Source of the DNA: a virus
DNA: 64,000 nt
Strand: one strand, 5' to 3'
Virus record (IMG/VR): IMGVR_UViG_3300030329_006605
Coordinates: 1 to 64,000 of that record
In this document: positions 56,447 through 64,000 of the stretch, piece after piece
How positions within the stretch are numbered: the stretch's first letter is position 1
Layout of the letters: every line of letters begins with the position of its first letter
The notes under the pieces: generated by a model
Seen by the model: the letters and a program-made list of their open reading frames with translations, nothing else
Told to the model about the DNA's origin: nothing
Databases searched by the model: none
Program-made: the position numbers and the translations under genes

Positions 56447-57152
56447 GGACGAATCCGTTCCATTGTTCAGGTGTTGCTACTGTGGACTTGTAAAGTAAAC
56501 CAACGATTTTTCCCATTGGGTCTAGAAACCTTAAATCGTCAGCATCTCCGTTTAACACTTCGACTCCGCCGAAATCATCAATAGGTAATGTACCACCCCC
56601 ATACACAACCGCAACGTTGACGCCACGATTCAAAACGTCTTTAACCGTAGCATCACTCACATCCTCACTGTGTGAAAATGTCAAATGATAATTCTTGGGG
56701 AGCTTACCGTTTGCATAATTAGCAATGCGTGTAAGACTCTTTGTGTAATCATAGAATTGCAAACCCTCCCATTTTTCCATAATAGACTGACCTTCAATCC
56801 GAACATTTTCCCAAGGCAAATCGCTTGTACCATTAAGACGGACGCAAGGAATTTTGTTATGCTTTGAGGCTTTCTTAACTAGAGAAAGAATCTCACGATT
56901 AAGCTGCGTCATAAACGCATCCCGCTCTTTAGCGAAGAATTTTGTTTTGTTAATTCTTGCTTGTTTAATGGGGTTCATTCGACCACGACCAGAAGTAAAC
57001 AAACACGCTGCCCGACAGCCTTCGCTGGCATTTGGGCAAGTGTTAATCACTCCGCTTGCATCACTAGGGGCAAGGTAGGTAATGCCCGTCATATATCCTC
57101 TTTTCTGTCCTTTGCGAGTTTTCGCGTTGGTATCGACTCCGAGTAGTTTCAT
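56418..57152 (-). CDS. Gp88-family protein (radical-SAM-like Cys motif)
   Basis: CPNASEGCRAAC, VRLNGTSDLPW, FYDYTK and DDLRFLD. Confidence 0.8.
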   Translation of the reverse strand: MKLLGVDTNAKTRKGQKRGYMTGITYLAPSDASGVINTCPNASEGCRAACLFTSGRGRMNPIKQARINKTKFFAKERDAFMTQLNREILSLVKKASKHNKIPCVRLNGTSDLPWENVRIEGQSIMEKWEGLQFYDYTKSLTRIANYANGKLPKNYHLTFSHSEDVSDATVKDVLNRGVNVAVVYGGGTLPIDDFGGVEVLNGDADDLRFLDPMGKIVGLLYKSTVATPEQWNGFVREYKEGEWK

Positions 57153-57165
57153 AATAATATTCTTT

Positions 57166-57636
57166 CTATGCTTGGTTTACGCGACCGTGAGATACCGCCT
57201 GTTGAACCGAGCGGCTTTTCCATTCTTCTTCATCAAAGGGCTTTGCTTGTGCAGGGTTTTCCCTCGACTCAACTCTACCCAATGAATAATCATACACGAC
57301 AGGGTTCGTGGACATGAACACCTCTGTGTTTTCCATGAGTTCAGCCAACCGCTTTTCTGCTAGTTCTTTAGCTGATGGCATCACGCCACCCTCTACACCC
57401 TTGAAACTCTCTGGATGCAAATTCAACAATAAATGTAATGATGAATTGAGAAAATACTTTTTCGCACGTTCTTCGTCTGTGACAATGTAGGAGAAAGTCT
57501 CACACATCTCATGTAACCCGCCGCTTGTTGCGCCGTGATTCCAGAATGAGTTATACTGTTGTTCCATTTCTTCTGGGTCATTAGATTCAATACCAATGAG
57601 CCAGACCGTTCCGAGTTGTTGTAGTACCAGTTTCAT
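57166..57636 (-). CDS. Hypothetical early protein (leaderless)
   Basis: ORF behind its own promoter. Confidence 0.65.
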   Translation of the reverse strand: MKLVLQQLGTVWLIGIESNDPEEMEQQYNSFWNHGATSGGLHEMCETFSYIVTDEERAKKYFLNSSLHLLLNLHPESFKGVEGGVMPSAKELAEKRLAELMENTEVFMSTNPVVYDYSLGRVESRENPAQAKPFDEEEWKSRSVQQAVSHGRVNQA

Positions 57637-57684
57637 ATATCTATAATATCGCACATAAAGTGTTAAAAGTCAAGAGACAATGTG

Positions 57685-57948
57685 TCACACCTTCCCAATC
57701 TGATGAATATAAGATTCAACATCTTCGGGAGTGCACCACCCTTTAACTGTATCGCCCCAATCGTCAGGGTCAACCATGTGATTGTTGAAGAAGCAACCAA
57801 TTTCATACAAGCCCTTTTCGCCGCCATACGAAAACTTATGTCTCACCACGGAAACTTCATAGCCATTCGGCAATTCTACATACGCCTGAACCGCACCCGC
57901 TCCGTGTGTTTTTGAGATGTCATTAAACTCCAGTTCGCTGAATTTCAT
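57685..57948 (-). CDS. Hypothetical early protein (leaderless)
   Basis: PNGYEVSVV...SYGGEKGLYEI. Confidence 0.7.
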   Translation of the reverse strand: MKFSELEFNDISKTHGAGAVQAYVELPNGYEVSVVRHKFSYGGEKGLYEIGCFFNNHMVDPDDWGDTVKGWCTPEDVESYIHQIGKV

Positions 57949-58120
57949 AATACAATATAGCACACAAACGGGGGTTTGTCAAGGGGTTTTTTTCACTTTT
58001 TTCACTTGGCACGAAATCTGCTGCCCATTTTGCGCCAAGGAAGCTCCCCCAAATCGGGGGAGCTCCATGTTTACGAGGTCCTACAGTTCTCGGGCACACG
58101 GTACCCGGAGATTTTGCATG

Positions 58121-59005
58121 CTACTCAGTAACAACCACCGCGCTATTTTTGGCGGGAGTCCAAAGCGTCTCCAGTCGCTTTTTGTTACGAGCAGCCATGT
58201 CAAACTTTTTGAGAACGTTGCCAGTCACACGGTTGGCGTATTCGAAACGCTCGTCCGCCACCTCATGGGTGAGATGCTGAGTCACCGCGTTGTTCAGGTT
58301 GTAAAGGTTACGTGCCTTATCCTCTTCGTGATCAGGATTGTTCCAAATCTTGGCGATGCTTTCGCGCACCTTCTCGCTGAACACTTTGCCATTCGCCAGA
58401 TTCTGCAAGATGATCAGACCTTGCTCCTGAGTAACAGGCTGTTGAGCCATCCGACCGTAAACGTTCAAGCTGTCCTTGAGCTTAGCCAATGCGCGATCCA
58501 AAGCGTCTTCGGTAATGATATCGCCAATGTTGATGTTGGTCGAATGCTTGCGCACCATCTCCACCTCTTTTTCAGTGGTCGTCATGCCATTGGTGCATAC
58601 GAGCCGAACCAATCCAAGAGCAAAGGAAATGCGCAGCGTGCGATCAAATGAGTTTTGAGCAGTAAGGCGATAAGCCATGGTGTCCCCAACCTGAGGAACG
58701 TCAGCCCTAAATAGGTCTCCGCCTAAATCGTACTGCGCTCGCATCTTGGCTCCACCCTCAGTCACAATGACTTTGCGTGTAACATCGATGCCTCGATCTT
58801 CGAAAGCTTTGTCTGCGCGGTTAATGATATCCTCGTGCTGTACAATTCCGTAGCGTTCGGTTGTCCAGCCAAGAATGTCGTCATTATCCTCACGGACATT
58901 CATGAAATAACCGGATTTACCTCCGAGGGTTGGGTGTGGAACCTCGACCTGCCTCACTTTAAAGTCAAAGCCGCTGTTGATTTCTTGTTTTGCTGTAATA
59001 GGCAT
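58121..59005 (-). CDS. DUF932/DUF945-family protein
   Basis: YGIVQHEDI, QNSFDRT and RLVCTNGM. Confidence 0.8.
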   Translation of the reverse strand: MPITAKQEINSGFDFKVRQVEVPHPTLGGKSGYFMNVREDNDDILGWTTERYGIVQHEDIINRADKAFEDRGIDVTRKVIVTEGGAKMRAQYDLGGDLFRADVPQVGDTMAYRLTAQNSFDRTLRISFALGLVRLVCTNGMTTTEKEVEMVRKHSTNINIGDIITEDALDRALAKLKDSLNVYGRMAQQPVTQEQGLIILQNLANGKVFSEKVRESIAKIWNNPDHEEDKARNLYNLNNAVTQHLTHEVADERFEYANRVTGNVLKKFDMAARNKKRLETLWTPAKNSAVVVTE

Positions 59006-59102
59006 CTGTAGTACTCTCTTTCTTTTTTTGGTTAGTTAGTGTTATTCTATTCTTCTATCTTACAGGGATTTTTTCCTGCGTCAAGCTTTTTTCTTAAAAA
59101 AA

Positions 59103-59265
59103 TGGTGTTGGTGTAAGGGGCTCGAACCCTCCCCCGTCCCTATCGTATCACCTTCACGCCTTGTTATGGAGCGTCCTCCCAGCGCGTCGGCTTTCAGCCA
59201 CGGGCGTTGCTGCGGTGAACGACTTTTGTCTCACAACTCGTCCAGCACTTCCATTTCTCACCAAC
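59103..59265 (-). ncRNA. ~163-nt structured RNA with tRNA-like acceptor stem, T-arm and encoded CCA
   Basis: 5' GTTGGTG pairs with CACCAAC-A-CCA 3'. T-arm GAGGG-TTCGAGC-CCCTT. Nested internal helices. Own sigma70 promoter at 59275-59304 and a T-tract after CCA. Confidence 0.7.
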
Positions 59266-59652
59266 ATTATACTATAATATAGCACACAAAAGGGGTTTTG
59301 TCAAGGGCTGGGAGGCATTTTTTTGAAAAAAGTTTTGGCACGAAACCGGCTGCCGATTTTGCGCCGAAGTCAAGAAAAAAACATTAATTTAACTTTATTT
59401 ATAGAATATAATTGTTCCCAGCCGATTCTTATTTGCATTATTACATTTCTTATTTGCGTATTTGGACATAACCTGTCAAAGTTCACCTCGCAATATATTC
59501 TCTTACTATTATTTACACTTTTATTATTCCTATCCAAAATAAATCAATAACAAATTACAATTTAATTGCTACACTTATTTTATTATATTTGAATTAAAAA
59601 AAATTGCCCCCCGTTTCCGAGAGGCAACTTTCTACAACAACTAACACTTCAC

Positions 59653-60591
59653 CTATTTATCTAAATCCTTTAGGTACTCCAATCCTTTGGACGTAATGGA
59701 ACGCCCCGTGGTTGTAATCTCCATCAAGTTGTGCTTCTGCAAATACAACTCGAAGTCCTGACGTAAGCATTGCGGAGTGAGTCCAGTTTTCGCAGAGAGG
59801 TTCGTCAAGCTGCACTCCTTCTTTTCAGTAAGGATGTTCAAGACTTGAACTTCAATACGACTTAAACCCAATGGCAATATACCGAGAGCGTGTCTTAACT
59901 CCCGCCACATATCCTTGGTCATTTCACTAGACCCACTCCGAGTGATGAACGAACTGATGTTGTTTGCCATCTTCTGTGCTTGCCGAGCATTCCCTCGCAA
60001 TACAGTAGCAATCTCATCTTTTAGCCCATCTTCAAAATCAATATCGGGAAGGTTCCGCTGAATAATCTCGCCCAACTCATTGAAGGAATACTCCTCAAGG
60101 TCAATACGGTCACAACGGTCAATCAACGCATGAAACAGTTTGTGCGCCTCTGTGGTGGCGAACATGAACGTCTGTCTCCGAAAATCTAAATCAATAGTAT
60201 AATCTTCATAAGAGAAAGAGGTGCGATTCTCTTTGTTCGGGTTAAGCATCGTAAGCAACGCCATAGAAACATCCTTGGGAAGCTCGCTCGCCTCATCAAA
60301 CAAGACGGTACACTCACGCTCATTAACGTGAGGAATCATTACTTGATTAACAAATTGTCCCACCGACTTCAAGGTGCTGCAATTCAACTCAAGGAAGGGT
60401 TTGGGGGAACCATCATAAGTAAGGTTCTTGCCCGTAGCTTTCGCCATCATCGTTTTGCCGCATCCCTTGGGTGCGATAAACATCAAATGGGGCATGATGC
60501 TAGAAGCATTGTAGTTATCTAAATGCCATGCGAGTTTTCGCTTGGCGATGGGTTGCCCAACAATATCGGGCCAGTATTCTGTATTAGTCAT
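59653..60591 (-). CDS. ruvB: RuvB-like Holliday junction branch-migration AAA+ ATPase
   Basis: IVGQ, APKGCGKT, VLFDEA, FATTE, LRGNARQA, LGILPLGL and TTTGR. Confidence 0.85.
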   Translation of the reverse strand: MTNTEYWPDIVGQPIAKRKLAWHLDNYNASSIMPHLMFIAPKGCGKTMMAKATGKNLTYDGSPKPFLELNCSTLKSVGQFVNQVMIPHVNERECTVLFDEASELPKDVSMALLTMLNPNKENRTSFSYEDYTIDLDFRRQTFMFATTEAHKLFHALIDRCDRIDLEEYSFNELGEIIQRNLPDIDFEDGLKDEIATVLRGNARQAQKMANNISSFITRSGSSEMTKDMWRELRHALGILPLGLSRIEVQVLNILTEKKECSLTNLSAKTGLTPQCLRQDFELYLQKHNLMEITTTGRSITSKGLEYLKDLDK

Positions 60592-60617
60592 AGGTTAGTT
60601 GTGTAGTGTTGTAGGGT

Positions 60618-60821
60618 TTACCAATCTTCTTTAGTTAATTCAACTGGTTGCATAGAAGTCTGATTCTTGGTCGTGGATGTGAAAGCGTCTGCCTCCAAAT
60701 CTAATGCCTCTGCGAACCGACGACTGACTACAACAGTTGCGTCCTCTTTTAGAACACGGTTAAGCTCCCGAAGATTGATTTTAACGAAGCTACCCGCGCC
60801 TTTTGTTTTACCTCTTGCCAT
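60618..60821 (-). CDS. Hypothetical protein (leaderless)
   Basis: ATG 6 nt after TACTAT. Confidence 0.65.
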   Translation of the reverse strand: MARGKTKGAGSFVKINLRELNRVLKEDATVVVSRRFAEALDLEADAFTSTTKNQTSMQPVELTKEDW

Positions 60822-61077
60822 ACTCTAATAGTAGCAGGTTTTTTAATAAAGTCAAGCCAATAAATTGAATTAATTATTCTTTTTATTCAGCCCTAATTCG
60901 TCGGATACAAGGTGGTGAACTCGTTCAGCCAACTTCTTGCCAACGGCGCAATGAGGGTTTGAGAGGACGGCAATCCTTTGATTGTAATTAAGTTTGCCAT
61001 GTTCTTCCCACCATACTACTTTGTGGAGGGGCCAGTATTTTGAAGGTACATTAACCATAATAATAATATTTATATTT

Positions 61078-61287
61078 TTAGTTTTTGCCTGAAAGGATGT
61101 GAGATTCTTCCCACTCCCAACTCTCTGCAAGTTTGATAGCTTCCTTTGTTACATCGTCGGCAATGCGTTTATCGCTCCGGTTCTCGTAAGGGAAATTATT
61201 AATAATAATATCCTTTTTAAATTGCGGGAGTTTATTGACAACTTGATTCCATGCCTTCTCGTATAGTCTTGCCATGTTCTTGCTCAT
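61078..61287 (-). CDS. Hypothetical protein (leaderless)
   Basis: ORF behind a promoter at 61295-61323. Confidence 0.6.
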   Translation of the reverse strand: MSKNMARLYEKAWNQVVNKLPQFKKDIIINNFPYENRSDKRIADDVTKEAIKLAESWEWEESHILSGKN

Positions 61288-62078
61288 CTATATATATATT
61301 ACAGCAATTTTCTGTTTAGTCAAGTCTCTTTTTTTGAAATAATCACATTTTGAAACTCCAATATTTATTAAAATTTATTCATGTTGATTATTATATTCAT
61401 TATGCTCAATTATATTGTTATATTCATCATTATTACCCCAAAGTTCGGCCCACTATATTTCGACCAAATATAAAAAAAATTGCAATTAATATTTATAATT
61501 ATTATATCTATTTACTGCTACTATATTTCGGCCTATTACAAAAAAATTTGCAGGTTTGAGGGGTGGCTTATTTCGCCGGAATATAAAAAAATATACAATT
61601 TAATAATATTTATTCGCGGCTGTATTTGTATTGGATTGTGATTTACTTGACATTAAAAAAATAATTGATATACTATTATTAGGCTAAATATATCTTCTAG
61701 CTTCTACTAGCCTACCAAATAAAAAAATAATATATCAGAAATAATATATTAATAAGGAATTTTTTGCTTGACTTTTGTATAAATAAATGTTACGCACTAC
61801 CCACTATCCCACACTTCGCAACACCTTACTCCACTAAAACAGTCCATAATCAATAAATAATTAATAATATTCAACCTTTTATCTACCTACTGATGTTATC
61901 ATATACCATGTAATCTTGCCAATAAACAAAACCATAATTATAGTTAATAACTCCATGTCCACACCTACTTCCTATGTAAGAAAGAACCAATTCATATATT
62001 GAAAAGAACTCTTTCTGGTTTACTTGTAGGTTGTTTTTGTAGTGCCTCATAATATTGATAAGTTTTTAAATTAATTCT

Positions 62079-62273
62079 TTATAGAATTTTTGTCTCGTAA
62101 TTAAATTCGTATTGCTCCTCTGCTTGAGTTTGCACAATCTCGAAATGCAATGACTTGCCTCGCGCCTCATATGCTCTACGGACTGCCGCCTCACTAGCGT
62201 ATTTACCCGCCGTAAGCTCCCAACGCTCATGCCCATCTCCATACCTCAATTTCATCCAGTACCGATTTTTCAT
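62079..62273 (-). CDS. Hypothetical protein
   Basis: 64-aa ORF. Confidence 0.55.
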   Translation of the reverse strand: MKNRYWMKLRYGDGHERWELTAGKYASEAAVRRAYEARGKSLHFEIVQTQAEEQYEFNYETKIL

Positions 62274-62719
62274 ATTGTTTCAATATAAATTCCTGTCGCT
62301 AATACCACCAACACGGAGGCGATAAATGTAATAATAATAAACATACAATCTCTCATTTTATAGACTCCCTATCATTTTTCGCACTTCTTTTTTAAAGGTG
62401 CGAACCTTCTTGGCTTGTTTTTCAAGGCCGTGTTTCTTATACTGTTGAGCCTTACGCTCAAGAGTCTCTTGAAGGCCATTAGACAAAGCGTTGTCTAGGT
62501 ACTCTTTAATTGCTTGCTTGTCTGCCATAATATTTTATCTTTCCATCTGCCATTCTCGCTGGCGAAATTCTGTCATATACTGTCCCGCTTCAAACGAACC
62601 CTCAAATGGGCCTATATGTTTGCCATCGTCTAGTTCAACGTACCATCTTTCGCACACTCTCGGCATGAGGCGTTTGGCCTCCCAATTAGGGTCAAAGTAT
62701 TCTCTTTTGTTAATTAATT

Positions 62720-63013
62720 TCATTTTAAATTCTCTATGCCTTCTACCCGTGTTCCGTCCCAATACCAACTGCCTTCGTACTCCTCTTGAATCTTGCGCGA
62801 TTTGTTCATGCGTAGGTAAGAAAAGTCTCCAGATACCCCTTTAAAGCACCCAAAATCCTCTATGGGAAGCGTTGCTGTCTTGGGCTTGCCGTTCTCCATA
62901 AATTCAGAATCAAGCACTATACGGGCGTGTGTGGCGTGTTTCGGTGGCTTGGGAACTTCTACGGCCCAATCCGCTCTACCTACGATTGTTGTTGGTTTTG
63001 ACTTAAATGGCAT
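62720..63013 (-). CDS. Hypothetical protein
   Basis: 97-aa ORF. Confidence 0.6.
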   Translation of the reverse strand: MPFKSKPTTIVGRADWAVEVPKPPKHATHARIVLDSEFMENGKPKTATLPIEDFGCFKGVSGDFSYLRMNKSRKIQEEYEGSWYWDGTRVEGIENLK

Positions 63014-63253
63014 CTTTTTTACTTTCTTTTTCTTGGTGCGCTTTATATTCGGGCCAATACTTTACCCGCATCATTTCAAAAAATCGTTCATCATTACACC
63101 CAGCATAGACTCTTTTCCTTCTCTCACTTGCGTTTTCCATTCCTTTGGGCGGTTTGCGCTCATTGTATTCTCGTTTCACTGAATTAAATTAATTAATTAT
63201 TCAGCAAGAGAGATGGGGCTACCGTGACTAGAGCGGCAACCCCATTCTCCTAC

Positions 63254-64000
63254 CTACTTATCCTGCTGTGCTGCATTGTATCCCGCTGCATAGCCGTCAT
63301 TCCAATCGTCGGACACTTCCTCATCCCAATCGACGTAATCATCGTCATAGGATTGCAGGGGTGGCGCGTCGATTGTCTCATAAACACCAACAACCTTATA
63401 TTTAGAGGTGCGGAGTTTCTGACATTCGCAGTCGTGCGGCACACTTACAACGTCACTGGGGTCGATTTCAACAACCATTAAGTGACCTCCTCCGCTGGCG
63501 TACCCCTTTGCGTATTCGTAAGAACCCGCATGAAAACCAGCAGAACAACCGATGTTTGCATCATCACAAACAGTGTTGCGTGTCATTTTCAAGGTTTGAC
63601 CAACAGAGTTATCGAATTTACCACTATACTTGTCGGTAAAGTCGTGATTTACCCCTTTGTATGCCAGAAAGTTACCGTCTGGCGTGAGTGGCATATTTTT
63701 ATGCTCCAAGAACGCATATAGCTCGTTTGTTGCGCGAGCAGATGGGTTATCCATCAGCTTACCAAGAAACTTTACTAACGGTTGATATGGGAGATTTTCC
63801 CGCATAAAGTAAAGAAGCCTATCGACTACATGATTATGGATTTCTTCCCCATCATAGAGAACCTGTCCATCCACGACCTCGATAAGTCCATCACTGTATG
63901 CAGGAACCGCTTTGGCAACGTCAAACAAATCCTCAAGCAAGTCGAAATCTTCGGCTTGGAGGGCGAGTTTAGCACGTTCCCATGAAGGATGCGATTTTTG
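63254..64000 (-). CDS. rIIB: rIIB-like protein (5' end outside window)
   Basis: LYAFLEHKNMPLTPDGNFLAYKGV, NSVG, CSAGFHAGS..YA, DVVSVP and KLRTSKY. The frame is open to base 64000. Confidence 0.82.
   Translation of the reverse strand, partial: QKSHPSWERAKLALQAEDFDLLEDLFDVAKAVPAYSDGLIEVVDGQVLYDGEEIHNHVVDRLLYFMRENLPYQPLVKFLGKLMDNPSARATNELYAFLEHKNMPLTPDGNFLAYKGVNHDFTDKYSGKFDNSVGQTLKMTRNTVCDDANIGCSAGFHAGSYEYAKGYASGGGHLMVVEIDPSDVVSVPHDCECQKLRTSKYKVVGVYETIDAPPLQSYDDDYVDWDEEVSDDWNDGYAAGYNAAQQDK

Larger units (their letters stand above)
49860..59366. repeat. Thirteen dispersed 31-bp palindromes TGGCAYG-N6-GC-W-GC-N6-CRTGCCA
   Basis: Copies start at 49860, 50117, 51040, 51308, 52035, 52695, 53112, 53517, 54285, 54619, 56071, 58007 and 59336. 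Some copies have one degenerate arm. Confidence 0.9.
49530..61323 (-). promoter_or_regulatory. Array of about 20 near-consensus sigma70 early promoters (TTGACA-N16/17-TATATT/TATAAT, mostly with TG extension)
   Basis: The -35 hexamers appear on the plus strand as tgtcaa/agtcaa/cgtcaa ending near 49558, 49824, 50106, 51005, 51286, 51801, 52660, 53087, 53484, 53924, 54251, 54598, 55708, 56038, 57673, 57982, 59084, 59304, 60855 and 61323. Confidence 0.92.

Noticed and set aside
50970-57963. N-terminal extensions such as MCYIIL, MLYYRN, MLYCIL in track ORFs
   Set aside because: They are translations of the repeated promoter sequence. The true starts are the ATGs just after the -10 box.
57917-58651. 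244-aa plus-strand ORF
   Set aside because: Antisense to the DUF932-like gene and across a promoter cassette, with no recognisable motifs.
59103-59265. Canonical tRNA or tmRNA call
   Set aside because: No standard D or anticodon arms, wrong length, no G3-U70 pair and no evident tag reading frame. Kept as an unclassified ncRNA.
49860-59366. Dispersed repeats as a CRISPR array or integron attC sites
   Set aside because: Spacing is gene-sized and irregular, the repeats are degenerate, there are no cas or integrase genes in the window, and no attC core sites were seen.

Overview
This window is part of a large tailed dsDNA phage genome, with almost all genes on the minus strand. Bases 1-49.5 kb hold the late/morphogenesis region: a tape measure protein (TMP), tail tube and neck genes, a collagen-like fibre, capsid, protease/scaffold, portal and terminase. 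Interspersed are a tubulin/FtsZ, a SET protein, an ERCC4 nuclease, a sigma-like factor, PhoH and a glycosylation/rhamnose gene set. Bases 49.5-64 kb hold an early region of small, apparently leaderless genes behind about 20 near-consensus sigma70 promoters, plus RuvB and rIIB. The main discovery is the TMP ORF (11559 to <1, at least 3853 aa), which the ORF track omits because it has no stop in the window. It carries a ~2300-aa internal array of ten modules separated by eleven G[YFH][VI]PNF motifs. The modules include a PD-(D/E)xK nuclease, a HAD phosphatase, a polynucleotide kinase, an R-S-E ADP-ribosyltransferase and a second P-loop kinase, so it looks like an injected, processable effector polyprotein. 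Other highlights are a ~163-nt tRNA-ended structured RNA with its own promoter, thirteen 31-bp palindromes made of two head-to-head sigma54-like GG-N10-GC elements, DnaA-box-like sites beside early promoters, and an unannotated ArfA-like peptide. All family calls come from manual translation and motif recognition, not from database searches.
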